The notes below the pieces were generated by a model that saw only the letters and a program-made list of their open reading frames with translations, had not been told where the DNA came from and ran no database searches. A stretch of DNA of 64,000 nt from positions 3,194 to 67,193 of the forward strand of contig JAJZRJ010000011.1 in NCBI GenBank assembly GCA_021802775.1, in the 5' to 3' direction. A program made the translations under genes and the position numbers. This stretch comes from Deltaproteobacteria bacterium. Its GTDB lineage: Bacteria > Desulfobacterota > Desulfobulbia > Desulfobulbales > Desulfurivibrionaceae. This document shows positions 1 through 10,929 of this stretch, one piece after another (the first letter of the stretch is position 1; every line of letters begins with the position of its first letter).

Positions 1-1469
<1,469 letters not shown>

Positions 1470-1484
1470 CCGTGTCGTACTCCT

Positions 1485-1958
1485 TTACGCACCCCGCTCC
1501 CAGACCAGCGCCTCTTCGTTGCAGTCCGGGAATTTGGGGCATTGGATACAGTCGCTCCACACCTTGTGGGGCAACTCGTTCTTGTCGATGGGCCGGAACC
1601 CTAATTTTTTAAAAAATTCCGGCTGATAGGTCAAGGTAAAGACGCGGTTGATGCCGAATTTCTCGGCCTCGGCGAGGCAGGCGCGCACCAGTTGCGAGCC
1701 CAGCCCCTTGCCCTGCTCGGCCTCGGCAACGGCCAGGGAGCGAATCTCGGCCAGGTTCTCCCAGCAGATGTGCAAGGCGCACACCCCGAGGACCGGCGCC
1801 TCGTCGCCCAGGGTCCCGGTATCGGCCCAGACCTTGAAATCCCGCAACTGGTCGTAGAGCGAACTCAAGGAACGACCGAGCAGCAACCCCTTACCGGCAA
1901 AATAATGGAGCAGGTTGTAGATGGCCTTCACATCGGCCATACGGGCGCTACGGATCAT
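1485..1958 (-). CDS. GNAT family N-acetyltransferase (small ArgA-like type)
   Basis: 157-aa ORF. It has a GNAT acetyl-CoA loop, RSLAVAEAEQGKGLGSQLV. It sits 15 bp upstream of the secA start on the same strand. Confidence 0.8.
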   Translation of the reverse strand: MIRSARMADVKAIYNLLHYFAGKGLLLGRSLSSLYDQLRDFKVWADTGTLGDEAPVLGVCALHICWENLAEIRSLAVAEAEQGKGLGSQLVRACLAEAEKFGINRVFTLTYQPEFFKKLGFRPIDKNELPHKVWSDCIQCPKFPDCNEEALVWERGA

Positions 1959-1973
1959 GGCGCGTCCCTTTTC

Positions 1974-2519
1974 TTACGGCAAATGAATCTTCGAGGCGGG
2001 CAGCAGGGCAACATAGGCCTGTACCCCCTCTTCCTGGTCGATCTTGGCAGCCACAGCGTTGGCCTCGGAGAGCTTCTCGAACTTGCCGACAAAGACCCGG
2101 ATCAGGCCGTCGCTGTTTTCACTGGCCGGCTGGATAAAGGTCTTGTGGCCCCGGGCCTCCCACTCGTCCTTGGCGTTGGTGGCCGACTCCATTTCGCGGA
2201 AGGCGCCGACCTGCAAGGAGAAAAATGACGGCTCCGCCGGCTCGGGCTTGGCAGCGGCCGTCGCCGCTGCCCCGGCAGACTGCGCCGCCGGTTCGGTTGC
2301 CTTGGCCTTATCGCTGTTCTTCGTGGCTTCCGGCTTGCTGGTCAGCCGCGCAAAGGAGATCGACTGCGTGCCCTCGGGCGGCAGCAGAATCGTCTGCCCG
2401 GCCCAGACCCCGAGCAAAAAAAGCCACAAAAAGATGCAGCCGCAGACCGCGACGAGGCCGAACATCCCGCCCCAGCTCAACTCGAAACGAAACGCGATTT
2501 TCTTGACGTCATTGGTCAT
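1974..2519 (-). CDS. SPOR domain-containing membrane protein
   Basis: N-terminal TM helix (FGLVAVCGCIFLWLFLLGVW), an Ala/Pro-rich linker, and a C-terminal SPOR-like segment FSLQVGAFREMESATNAKDEW...RVFVGKFEKLSEANAVAAKI. Confidence 0.75.
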   Translation of the reverse strand: MTNDVKKIAFRFELSWGGMFGLVAVCGCIFLWLFLLGVWAGQTILLPPEGTQSISFARLTSKPEATKNSDKAKATEPAAQSAGAAATAAAKPEPAEPSFFSLQVGAFREMESATNAKDEWEARGHKTFIQPASENSDGLIRVFVGKFEKLSEANAVAAKIDQEEGVQAYVALLPASKIHLP

Positions 2520-2529
2520 AAGGATTTGC

Positions 2530-4188
2530 CTACATGGTTTCCGGGGCCGACACCCCGATGAGGATCAGGCCGTTGCGGATGACGATCCGCAGCGCCTCGC
2601 ACAGCCACAGCCGCGCCCGGCTCAATGCGATGTCTTCGGAGATCACCCGGTGCTTATTGTAGTAGCTGTGGAAATGGGCGGCAAGCTCCTGGAGGAAGAA
2701 GACGATGCGGTGGGGCTCCAGGCCGAGCGCCGCGCTTTCGACCAGGGCCGGGAAGGCGGCCATGGCCTTGAGCAGGGCCAGCTCTTCCTCGGTGGTCAGC
2801 CGCGCCAGCAAGGCTTCCGCCAACTCGCCGCGCACCACGCCCTTGCTCTCGGCCTGCCGGGCAATGCTCGCCAGACGCGCGTTGGCGTATTGCACGTAGA
2901 ACACCGGGTTCTCCTGGCTCTGCTGGGTGGCGAGCGCCAGATCGAACTCCAGCTGGCTGTCCGCCTTGCGCATCAGGAAAAAGAAGCGCGCCACATCAGG
3001 GCCGACCTCGTCGAGCAGCTCGTCCACCGTCACGAAGTTGGCCTTGCGGGTGGACATCTTCACCTGCTGGCCGTCGCGCAGCAAGGTGACGAACTGGTGG
3101 ATGACCACCGTCACCCTGGCCGGATCGTAGCCCAGGGCCGTGACCCCGGCCAGCACGTCCGGCACGGTGGCGATGTGGTCGGAGCCGAAGACGTTGACCA
3201 TCCAGTCATAGCCGCGCCGGAACTTCTCGCGATGGTAGGCGATGTCCGGCAGCCGGTAGGTGGGCTCGCCGGTGGACTTGACAATGACCCGGTCCTGCTC
3301 CATGCCGAACTCGGTGGTCTTGAACCAGACCGCGCCGTCCTTGTCGTAGACCAGCCCCTTGGCCCGCAGGGTGGCGATAACGTCGTCCACCAGGCCGTTC
3401 TCGTAGAGGGAATGCTCGTTGTAATAGTTGTCGAAACGGATACCCAGCCGGGAAAGCGTCCCATTGATGTCGGCAAAGATGACCTGCTCGGCCTTTTCCT
3501 TGAAGGGCGTGACCTCGGCCACCTCCTTCAGGCGGTCGCCCTGCTCGTCGATCAACGCCCGGGCGATGTCGCGGATATACTGGCCCTGGTAGCCGTCTTC
3601 GGGAAAATTGAAGGGCAGCCCCAGCAGTTCGAGATAGCGCGCCCGGGTCGATTCGCCCAGGACCCGCATCTGGCGGCCGGCATCGTTGTAGTAGTATTCC
3701 CGGGTCACTGCATGCCCGGTGGCCTCGAGCAGCCGGGCAATGGCATCGCCCAGCACCGCCTGCCGGCCGTGCCCCACGGAAAGCGGGCCGGTGGGGTTGG
3801 CGCTGACGAACTCGACCAGGACCTTCTGGTCCCGGCCGATGTCGCTCCGGCCAAAAGCCGCGCCTTCGGCGCAGATCTCCGGCAGCACCGACTGCCATAC
3901 CCCTTCTTTCAGGAAGCAGTTGACGAAACCGGGGCCGGCCACCTCCACCTTGGCAAGCAGGTCGGTGTGGGCGGCGAGGAGTTCGGCGAACTGCGCCGCC
4001 ACCTCGCGGGGCTTTTTCTTCTCCTTGCCCGCCACCACCATGGCAAAATTGGTGGCGTAGTCGCCCTGACCGGCATGCTTCGGCTCCTCCACGGCATAAA
4101 GCCCGGCCGCGGCCGCGGTCCAGTAGCCCCGCTCGATGCCCTGGGCAAAACAATGGTCAATCCTCTTCTTCAAGCGCGATCTGATCAT
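2530..4188 (-). CDS. argS: Arginine--tRNA ligase
   Basis: Class I synthetase motifs SANPTGPLSVGHGR and KMSTRK, with ArgS-like overall length. The track ORF starts at a GTG at 4206. The ATG at 4188 is preceded by GAGGGA and gives MIRSRLKK, so it is preferred. Confidence 0.93.
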   Translation of the reverse strand: MIRSRLKKRIDHCFAQGIERGYWTAAAAGLYAVEEPKHAGQGDYATNFAMVVAGKEKKKPREVAAQFAELLAAHTDLLAKVEVAGPGFVNCFLKEGVWQSVLPEICAEGAAFGRSDIGRDQKVLVEFVSANPTGPLSVGHGRQAVLGDAIARLLEATGHAVTREYYYNDAGRQMRVLGESTRARYLELLGLPFNFPEDGYQGQYIRDIARALIDEQGDRLKEVAEVTPFKEKAEQVIFADINGTLSRLGIRFDNYYNEHSLYENGLVDDVIATLRAKGLVYDKDGAVWFKTTEFGMEQDRVIVKSTGEPTYRLPDIAYHREKFRRGYDWMVNVFGSDHIATVPDVLAGVTALGYDPARVTVVIHQFVTLLRDGQQVKMSTRKANFVTVDELLDEVGPDVARFFFLMRKADSQLEFDLALATQQSQENPVFYVQYANARLASIARQAESKGVVRGELAEALLARLTTEEELALLKAMAAFPALVESAALGLEPHRIVFFLQELAAHFHSYYNKHRVISEDIALSRARLWLCEALRIVIRNGLILIGVSAPETM

Positions 4189-4218
4189 GATTCCCTCAAA
4201 AAGCACGGCGCATGGCCG

Positions 4219-5373
4219 TCAACCAATACCCTTTTCCGGTATCGCCTCATCTGTTCCACTATACACGTGCCGGTTGCGCGAGCCAAACAAACAGAGCACC
4301 TCATACGAGATAGTTCCCATCCAGCCGGCAATCTCGTCGGCATCGATGACCGCCTGGCCGCTGCCGCCCATGAGCACTACCGCCTCGCCAGCACTCACCC
4401 CGGCAATGCCGGTCACATCGACCATGCAGGCGTTCATGCAGATGGTACCCACCACCGGCGCCCGCTGGCCGCGGATGATGACCTGCGCCTTGCCGGTGAG
4501 GCTGCGCAGATAGCCATCGTCGTAGCCCACCGGCAGGACGGCGAGCCGGGTCGGCCGGGAGGTGACAAACCGGTGGCCGTAACTGACCCCGTAGCCGGCC
4601 GGTACCTCCTTCACCTGCAACACCTGGCTATGGAAACCCATGGCCGGCTTGAGCACCACCTCGGGCCGGGCACTGACCGCGGAGGGATAGTAGCCGTAGA
4701 GGCTGATTCCTGGCCGGACCATGGTGGCGTGGGCCTCGGTGAAGCGCAACACCCCGGCGGAATTGGCAATATGCGCCAGCGGCGCTTCCGGTACCAGGGC
4801 GGCAATCGCGTCGCGTACCCTTTCGAAGGCCTGATACTGATCGTGGGTATCGCCCTGTTCCAGATCCGCCTGGGGAAAATGCGAGAGCAGCCCGGCAAGA
4901 CGGAGCCCCGGCGCTGCCTGAACAGCGGCGGCCACGGCTGCGGCTGCGGCCGGCAGCACCCCCAATCGGCCCATGCCCACATCGACCTTCAGGTGGACGC
5001 CGATGGTTTTCTGCGCTGCCACCGCCGCCCGGGACAACTCGGCCAGCGACTCGGTGCCAAAGACCACCGGACTGAGGCCGTAGCGGACCACTTCGGCCGC
5101 TGCTGCATTCGAAGCGCCGAAGAGCACCACGATCTCGCCCGGTACACCGGCCTCGCGCAGGACCACCGCCTCTTCCACCTCGGCCACGCCAAAGGTCTCG
5201 GCCCCGGCAGCAGCAAAGGCCTTGGCGGCCGGCACCAGACCGTGGCCATAGGCATTGGCCTTCACCACCGCCATGACCCGTACCGCAGGCCCCACCCATG
5301 CCTTGAGCGCCGAAAAGTTGTGGCGCAGGGCAGCGAGATCCACGGAAACCCAGTTATAGGAAGGCGTTGCCAT
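4219..5373 (-). CDS. alr: Alanine racemase
   Basis: PLP-lysine motif AVVKANAYGHG near the N-terminus. The 384-aa length and C-terminal beta-domain are typical of Alr. Confidence 0.92.
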   Translation of the reverse strand: MATPSYNWVSVDLAALRHNFSALKAWVGPAVRVMAVVKANAYGHGLVPAAKAFAAAGAETFGVAEVEEAVVLREAGVPGEIVVLFGASNAAAAEVVRYGLSPVVFGTESLAELSRAAVAAQKTIGVHLKVDVGMGRLGVLPAAAAAVAAAVQAAPGLRLAGLLSHFPQADLEQGDTHDQYQAFERVRDAIAALVPEAPLAHIANSAGVLRFTEAHATMVRPGISLYGYYPSAVSARPEVVLKPAMGFHSQVLQVKEVPAGYGVSYGHRFVTSRPTRLAVLPVGYDDGYLRSLTGKAQVIIRGQRAPVVGTICMNACMVDVTGIAGVSAGEAVVLMGGSGQAVIDADEIAGWMGTISYEVLCLFGSRNRHVYSGTDEAIPEKGIG

Positions 5374-5382
5374 GTCCCTCTC

Positions 5383-5853
5383 TCAACTCGCCTTGGTCGC
5401 CAGCCATTGCTGCCAGAGCAGGCGGCTCGACCAGAAAAGGGCCGTGCCCACCGCGAGATACACCATGCCCACAACCCAGTCGCTCAGGCCAGAGGTTCGC
5501 AACAACCGGCCCAAAAGCATCATCAGCACGATGAACCCCCACATCCGCCAGGAATAGACGCCGCCAAGGCAGCTCCCATCCTGCCGGGCCAGGATGCGGG
5601 TGCGATTCTTCCGCGCGCTATGGTCCAGAATCAGCCGGGACTTGCACGCGCCGGCGGCCACGGCCAGCGCCATGGGCCAGAACGGCCCGGCTCCGCAAAG
5701 GAGCACGCCCCGCACCGTGAGATAGATCCCGATCAGGCTCCACAGCAAGGCCGCGGCGAGAAGGTGGGTGGCCACCGAGGCCCCTGGCTTAAGGCACCCA
5801 AGTCGCCGGATGGTCATATCCTGGAAAATCCCGTCCCCGCCCATGCTCCGCAA
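5383..5853 (-). CDS. Hypothetical integral membrane protein
   Basis: About four hydrophobic helices (LLAAALLWSLIGIYL, FWPMALAVAAGA, WGFIVLMMLLG, VVGMVYLAVGTALF). It ends 10 bp before the alr start. The start codon is uncertain (alternative M at 5817). Confidence 0.55.
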   Translation of the reverse strand: MRSMGGDGIFQDMTIRRLGCLKPGASVATHLLAAALLWSLIGIYLTVRGVLLCGAGPFWPMALAVAAGACKSRLILDHSARKNRTRILARQDGSCLGGVYSWRMWGFIVLMMLLGRLLRTSGLSDWVVGMVYLAVGTALFWSSRLLWQQWLATKAS

Positions 5854-5955
5854 GGCAACGGCGCAGCGACAGGAAGCGCAAACAAGAAAGGCATATCCCC
5901 CGCAAAGGAGATATGCCTGTCGGTCGCGTGCGGCTTCGTACGCAACGGGGCGACG

Positions 5956-6141
5956 TTACACCTCGGTAACGGTGAGGGCGCCCTCGGGGCAAACCTCAAC
6001 GCAGGTCTCGCAACCGAGGCACTCATCGGCATTGACCGCTTCGGCCTTGCCGTCCACCATCTCGTATACCTGAGCGGGGCAGGCGTTGACGCACTCCTCA
6101 TCACCCGCACATTTATCCTTGTCCACATCGATCTGCCACAT
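5956..6141 (-). CDS. Ferredoxin, two-cluster type
   Basis: 61 aa with CAGDEECVNACP (a CxxDxxCxxxCP variant, suggesting a 3Fe-4S site) and CLGCETCVEVCP (CxxCxxCxxxCP). Confidence 0.9.
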   Translation of the reverse strand: MWQIDVDKDKCAGDEECVNACPAQVYEMVDGKAEAVNADECLGCETCVEVCPEGALTVTEV

Positions 6142-6402
6142 GGTACTACCTCCCTCGCATAAAATTGTTATAGGCCCGAGCCAGCAAACCGCGGCGGGAT
6201 CACTGTCTCCGGAAGAATACTGTTATCCACATCCCTCTAATTCACCGGCTTTTTTTTGTCAACAGAAAAAGCCGCGGCCCAGGCGGAATACCCGGCAGGC
6301 GAGGCTGGCTGAGGCAGCGGGCCGGAATATGGTTGACCCGTGGCGGGCGATCATTTACCATGCCGCTTTCCCAAACGGCACTCCAGCGGGTGGATCACGA
6401 GG

Positions 6403-6765
6403 ATGGCGCAAAAAATCAGGAAAAACACCAAAAAGGCACCAGCGGCCCAGCTTGCCGTGCAGAAGTCCGAAGAGGCGATGATCGGCGGCATCATCGAGGG
6501 CAGCCCGGGGGCCGTGGGCGTGGCGGTCATCCGCCTGGACTGCGGCTGCCGCAAGATGGCCGCGGTGGACAAGAACGGCGAACCGGCCAGCAAGGTCATC
6601 ATCTACCGCGACTCCGCCACCAGCATTTGCGAGCAGTGCAAGGCAGACAACGGCGCCTGCACCAGAGTGACCGAACAGTTCATCCACTGGGAGAAATCCG
6701 ACCTCGACGACGAGACCAAGGCAAAAATCATCGCCAAGGTGCTCGGCACCACCACCTGCCACTGA
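6403..6765 (+). CDS. Hypothetical Cys-containing protein
   Basis: The internal ATG at 6403 gives MAQKIRKNTKK...; Cys pairs are CGC and CEQC...C. No family was recognised. Confidence 0.45.
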   Translation: MAQKIRKNTKKAPAAQLAVQKSEEAMIGGIIEGSPGAVGVAVIRLDCGCRKMAAVDKNGEPASKVIIYRDSATSICEQCKADNGACTRVTEQFIHWEKSDLDDETKAKIIAKVLGTTTCH

Positions 6766-6805
6766 CGCCCTGCTTTCCCTGCCGCCCCTGCCGGTACTCC
6801 CGTGC

Positions 6806-6835
6806 CCTGGCCCCTTTTTGCCTGGCCCCTTTTTG
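6806..6835. repeat. Perfect 15-bp tandem duplication (cctggcccctttttg x2)
   Basis: Read directly: 6806-6820 equals 6821-6835. It lies in the spacer between the hypothetical gene and the antitoxin gene. Confidence 0.9.
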
Positions 6836-6860
6836 CGATTGCCCTCGCCTCCTCCCTGGT

Positions 6861-6880
6861 GTATATTATGTACATTATGA
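6861..6880 (+). promoter_or_regulatory. Candidate promoter/operator of the Phd-RelE module
   Basis: AT-rich gtatattatgtacattatga, with -10-like TATATT/TATTAT, the direct repeat ATTATG-N3-ATTATG and the palindrome ATGTACAT. It is about 20 bp upstream of the antitoxin ATG. Confidence 0.3.
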
Positions 6881-6899
6881 ACATCTTGAGGAGTGCATC

Positions 6900-7151
6900 A
6901 TGACTACCACCATCTCGACCGTCGAGGCTCGGAAACACCTGGCCGACATCGTCAACAGAGTAGCCTACGGCCGTGAGCCGGTCATCTTGACCCGCCGCGG
7001 GGAAGAGGTCGCCGCCTTGGTTTCCATGGAAGAACTCGAACTTCTGCGGCAACTGGAAGACGCCATGGACATCCGGGATGCCCGGAAGGCCTTGGCCGAG
7101 CCTGGTGCCAATATCCCGGCCAAGGCGTTTTGGAAGAAACTGGGACTCTAA
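6900..7151 (+). CDS. Type II antitoxin, Phd/YefM family
   Basis: MTTTISTVEARKHLADIVNRVAYGREPVILTRRGEEVAALVSMEELELL is a typical Phd/YefM N-terminus. A RelE-type toxin gene follows 3 bp downstream. Confidence 0.88.
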   Translation: MTTTISTVEARKHLADIVNRVAYGREPVILTRRGEEVAALVSMEELELLRQLEDAMDIRDARKALAEPGANIPAKAFWKKLGL

Positions 7152-7154
7152 CGG

Positions 7155-7421
7155 ATGGGGTTCTCAATCGAGTTCAGGCCGGCGGTGCTGAAAAGCCTCC
7201 AGCACCTGCCCAAACGCGATCTGGTGCGGATCAGGAACCGGATCGACGATCTGGCCACCCACCTGCCGGACCCTGCCATCACCAAGATGAAGGGGGAGAA
7301 CTCCTTCCACAAGATCAGGTCCGGCGATTACCGCATTATCTACGAAATCCACGACGACCGGCTGGTGATCCTGGTGGTCAAAGTCGGCCACCGCAAAGAC
7401 GTTTACAAGAAACTGCCGTAG
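7155..7421 (+). CDS. Type II toxin, RelE/ParE (StbE-like) family
   Basis: 88 aa; ...FHKIRSGDYRIIYEIHDDRLVILVVKVGHRKDVYK is the canonical RelE/StbE C-terminal pattern. Confidence 0.88.
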   Translation: MGFSIEFRPAVLKSLQHLPKRDLVRIRNRIDDLATHLPDPAITKMKGENSFHKIRSGDYRIIYEIHDDRLVILVVKVGHRKDVYKKLP

Positions 7422-7449
7422 CTCGACAGCCCCCCACTGCTGTTGAACC

Positions 7450-8865
7450 TCACTCTTTCTTCCCGGCAGTACCCCACTTCCCCGGCCGATACTCCCTTGC
7501 CCTGGCCACCAGGGCGGGCGCCCAGGTCGGGGTGCCCAGGGCGTGGATGTGGGTGTAGAGCGCCAGCACGTTGTTCATGACCAGGCCGTCGCGGCCTTCC
7601 ATAAAGCCCACCCCCCGCTCCATGCGGAAGACCAGCCTGGCCGGGTCGCCGCCGTAGTGCTCCACCCGGCTGTAGCGGAACTCGTGGCCCTTGATGGTCT
7701 CGCCCCTGGCGTAGAAGGGATTGTCGCCATCGGCCGTCAGCACCGTGTAGCCATGGGCCTGGGGCTCGCGTTGCAAGGAGAAGTGAATGGGAAAGAGGCC
7801 GACCAGAGGATACTCCACACCCTCCAGGGTCAACTGCTCACCCAGATAGATGAGCCCGCCGCATTCGGCGTAGATCGGCAGCCCCTGTTCGGCCGCTGCC
7901 TTGACTGCGGCGCGGAACCCGGCATTGGCCGCCAGTTCCCGGGCCGAGGTCTCGGGGAAGCCGCCGCCGATGTAGAGGCCATCGATTGCCGGCAAGGCCC
8001 CGGCGGTGAGGGCGTTGATCGGTATCAGCTCGGCACCGGCGTGAGCCAGGGCCTCCAGATTCTCGGTATAGTAGAACTGGAAGGCGGCATCCTTGAGATA
8101 GCCGATGCGCACCGGTTCGCCTGCCGGGGCAGAGGGAACGCCGACCGGCCTGGCCACCGGATGCACCGCGCCCATCAGAGCATTGATCCGCTCCAGATCG
8201 AGGTATTGCACGGTCCGCTCCGCCAGGGCAGCAAGCGCCGCGTCCGCTGCGCCGTGCTCCGGGGTCGGGGTGACCCCGAGATGGCGCTGCGGGAAGACGT
8301 CGTGCCGTGAGCGGGGAATGGCGCCCACCACCGGAATCCCGGTATAGCGCTCCACCGCCTCGCGCACCAGCGCCTCATGGCGGCGGCTGCCGACCCGGTT
8401 CAACACCACGCCGGCAATGGCGACCGCGCGGTCCATCTCCCGGCAGCCCAGCACCAGGGCCGCCACGGTGCGGGTGGTCTTGGTGCAGTCCACCACCAGC
8501 AGCACCGGCAGGTTGAGCAGCTTGGCCAGCTCGGCGGTGCTGCATCGCCCTTCCACATCCACGCCGTCGTAGAGGCCGCGATTGCCCTCCACCAGCGCCA
8601 CGTCCGCGGCCAGGGCATGCTGGCCAAAGGAGGTACGCATCGCCTCCGGCGCCATCAGATACGGGTCGAGGTTGTAGCAGGGGCGGCCGGCGGCCAGGGC
8701 CAGCCAGCCGGCATCGATATAATCCGGCCCCTTCTTGAAGGGCGCCACCCGCACCCCTTGGCGCGACAAGGCCGCGGCAAGCCCAACGGCCACGACACTC
8801 TTGCCGCTGCCGCCGCTCATGCCCGCCACCACCAGCCCTCTCGCCTTTCCTGCTCGCTGTTCCAC
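7450..8865 (-). CDS. Cobyrinate a,c-diamide synthase family amidotransferase (CbiA/CobB; possible DsrN-type siroheme amidase)
   Basis: N-terminal P-loop GMSGGSGKSVVAVGL. C-terminal glutamine amidotransferase region with IYAECGGLIYLG. The location near dsrABD suggests DsrN (inference). Confidence 0.85.
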   Translation of the reverse strand: MEQRAGKARGLVVAGMSGGSGKSVVAVGLAAALSRQGVRVAPFKKGPDYIDAGWLALAAGRPCYNLDPYLMAPEAMRTSFGQHALAADVALVEGNRGLYDGVDVEGRCSTAELAKLLNLPVLLVVDCTKTTRTVAALVLGCREMDRAVAIAGVVLNRVGSRRHEALVREAVERYTGIPVVGAIPRSRHDVFPQRHLGVTPTPEHGAADAALAALAERTVQYLDLERINALMGAVHPVARPVGVPSAPAGEPVRIGYLKDAAFQFYYTENLEALAHAGAELIPINALTAGALPAIDGLYIGGGFPETSARELAANAGFRAAVKAAAEQGLPIYAECGGLIYLGEQLTLEGVEYPLVGLFPIHFSLQREPQAHGYTVLTADGDNPFYARGETIKGHEFRYSRVEHYGGDPARLVFRMERGVGFMEGRDGLVMNNVLALYTHIHALGTPTWAPALVARAREYRPGKWGTAGKKE

Positions 8866-9001
8866 GCCGTCACTCTCCGGATATCCCTGACCAACGCCTT
8901 AACCGCGCCGGCCCTGCTAGGGAGGTACACGACCAGCCACAAAATTTCCATGCTTTTTTAGCAAATGATAAAATTTTATTTTACACCATATTTCAAAGAC
9001 T

Positions 9002-9030
9002 TTGACGCCCGGACGCCCTTGTGGTAGGAT
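9002..9030 (+). promoter_or_regulatory. Candidate sigma70 promoter for the TPR operon
   Basis: TTGACG (9002-9007), a 17-nt spacer, TAGGAT (9025-9030). It is preceded by an AT-rich tract and followed by the 7-bp GC hairpin gggccgc...gcggccc. Confidence 0.3.
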
Positions 9031-9160
9031 TGCGGGCCGCTCTTGCCAAGCGCGGCCCCGGTGCTTATGTATGGGGCTATCGTTTTTAAAAAAATCGCAT
9101 CCGGTTTCCGATCCGGCATCCCGTTGCCGGGGCGCCACCATCGAGTCGAGGATACCCGCC

Positions 9161-9796
9161 ATGACTGAACAGAACAAACAGCGGAAGGATCTCTCCAGCG
9201 TCATCACGGAGCTGGAAAAAAAATGCGCGGAGATGCCCAACAACGTCATCGCCCATCACCATCTGGCCCTGGTCTACCGCAAGGCCGGCCGCACCAGGGA
9301 GGCGCTGCGCGAACTCACCAGGTGCCTGGAGATGGACGACCATTGCGTCGAGGCCTATATCAACCTGGGCGCGCTCCATTTTGAACAGGGCGATCTCGAC
9401 GAGGCACTGGCCGTCAACCAGAAGGCCATCGCCGTGCTGCCCACCCTCGCCCAGGCCCACGCCAACATCGGCCTGATCCGGCAGCAGCAAGGTGAGGCCG
9501 ACAAGGCCATCGCCGCCTACCAGGAGGCCGTGCGCCACGACCCCAAGATGCTCACCGCCTGGGTCAACATGGCCACTGCCCACATCATGGCCGGCGAATT
9601 CGACCTGGCGGAAAAGGCCGCCAAGGAGGGAATCAAGCTCAACCCCGATTTCGCCATGGCCCACAACAATCTGGCCGTGGCCCTCTTTTACCAGAAACAG
9701 GCCAAGCAGGCGCTGGCTTCCGCGGAAAAGGCCCAGAGCCTGGGCTATCCGGTGGATCCGCGATTCCTTGAGGCGATCCGGCACGAACTGGCATGA
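9161..9796 (+). CDS. Tetratricopeptide repeat protein
   Basis: The internal ATG at 9161 gives MTEQNKQRKD.... There are repeated 34-aa TPR units (AHHHLALVYRKAGRTREALREL; AYINLGALHFEQGDLDEAL; AHANIGLIRQQQGEADKAI; AHNNLAVALFYQKQAKQAL). Confidence 0.85.
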   Translation: MTEQNKQRKDLSSVITELEKKCAEMPNNVIAHHHLALVYRKAGRTREALRELTRCLEMDDHCVEAYINLGALHFEQGDLDEALAVNQKAIAVLPTLAQAHANIGLIRQQQGEADKAIAAYQEAVRHDPKMLTAWVNMATAHIMAGEFDLAEKAAKEGIKLNPDFAMAHNNLAVALFYQKQAKQALASAEKAQSLGYPVDPRFLEAIRHELA

Positions 9797-10929
9797 AGAA
9801 GCCCGAACTCAAAATGCCGCCGTGGTGCCCCTTCTGCGGCCAGAATATCGGCAAGCCGCAGCCGCCGGTGCAGCGCAAGCTCGGCGAGTTCAATGTCGGC
9901 ACCTGCCAGTGCGGGGCGATCTATACCAGCGACCCCACCGGCCATAACGTCGGCGCCGCCATGGTCGAGGCCCTGGTCTATGCCTGCAACGACGACTGGG
10001 ATCTCGCCTGGGAACTGGAACCGGAAAAGGATTACCTCACCGGCCGCATCGAGAACTACGACGAGATCACCCATCAGGTGATGGACCAGAAGCACATCGA
10101 CGGCCGGTTCGTACGGGGGGTGCTCTACTTTGTCCGGCTGCACAAGGACATCGCCGAGATCGCCCAGCGCGTTGCCGCCAAACAATCCGGCAAGGCCGCG
10201 CCCGTTGCCCCGGTTTCGGCCGGCGGCCTCCCGGCCATCGAACCGGACCGCGACCCCAAACGGGTGCGGCGCAAGGCCAACAAGGCGCTGGTGCGCCAGC
10301 TGGTGGAGGCCGGCAAGCTCGGCGACCTGCTCGATCTGCTCTTCGACGACGTCAAGACCCTCTGGTTCATGCAACGCTTGCTCTACGACCCGGACGAGGC
10401 CAAACGCTGGCAGGTGGCCCATCTCATCGGCCAGGTCTGCGCTCGTTTTTCCACCCGTCAGCCCGGACCGGTGAGCGATCTGCTGCACCGCCTGTTCGAG
10501 GCCAGCACCGATTCCGCCGCCACCCACTGGGGGCTGGTGGAGACCATCGGCGCCATTATCGCCGGCCGGCCCGACCTCTTCGGCGCCTTCACCCGCCACC
10601 TGCTGCGCTACCTAGACCACCCCACCACCCGCAATCAGGTGCTGTGGGCGTTGGGCACCATTGCCGGGCAACGGCCGGATCTCATCCGCAACACCCCCTT
10701 CTACCAGCTCTTTTCCTACCTCGACACCCCGGACCCCATCACCAAGGCGTTGGCCATCCGGCTCATGGGGCGGATCAGGGCGACGGAGGCCGGCCAGCGG
10801 ATCGAGGCCCTGGCAGGACTGGAGACCCCGGTCACCATTTATGAAAACGGCCGGCCGCACGCGACCACCATTGCCGCGCTCTGCCGGCAGGCCCTTGACT
10901 CTATCCGCAGCGAAGGAGCAACAGCATGA
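9793..10929 (+). CDS. Hypothetical protein: N-terminal 4-Cys zinc-ribbon-like module plus C-terminal HEAT/ARM-like repeats
   Basis: CPFCG...CQCG at the N-terminus. The C-terminal half is helical-repeat-like (VAHLIGQVCARF..., HWGLVETIGAIIAG..., VLWALGTIAGQRPD..., ALAIRLMGRIRA). It overlaps both neighbouring genes by 4 bp. Confidence 0.7.
   Translation: MKKPELKMPPWCPFCGQNIGKPQPPVQRKLGEFNVGTCQCGAIYTSDPTGHNVGAAMVEALVYACNDDWDLAWELEPEKDYLTGRIENYDEITHQVMDQKHIDGRFVRGVLYFVRLHKDIAEIAQRVAAKQSGKAAPVAPVSAGGLPAIEPDRDPKRVRRKANKALVRQLVEAGKLGDLLDLLFDDVKTLWFMQRLLYDPDEAKRWQVAHLIGQVCARFSTRQPGPVSDLLHRLFEASTDSAATHWGLVETIGAIIAGRPDLFGAFTRHLLRYLDHPTTRNQVLWALGTIAGQRPDLIRNTPFYQLFSYLDTPDPITKALAIRLMGRIRATEAGQRIEALAGLETPVTIYENGRPHATTIAALCRQALDSIRSEGATA

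Noticed and set aside
2044-6162. 1372-aa plus-strand ORF spanning the SPOR, argS, alr and ferredoxin region
   Set aside because: It lies antisense to four well-supported minus-strand genes. Its composition is Ala/Gly/Arg/Pro-rich and low-complexity, typical of shadow ORFs in GC-rich DNA.
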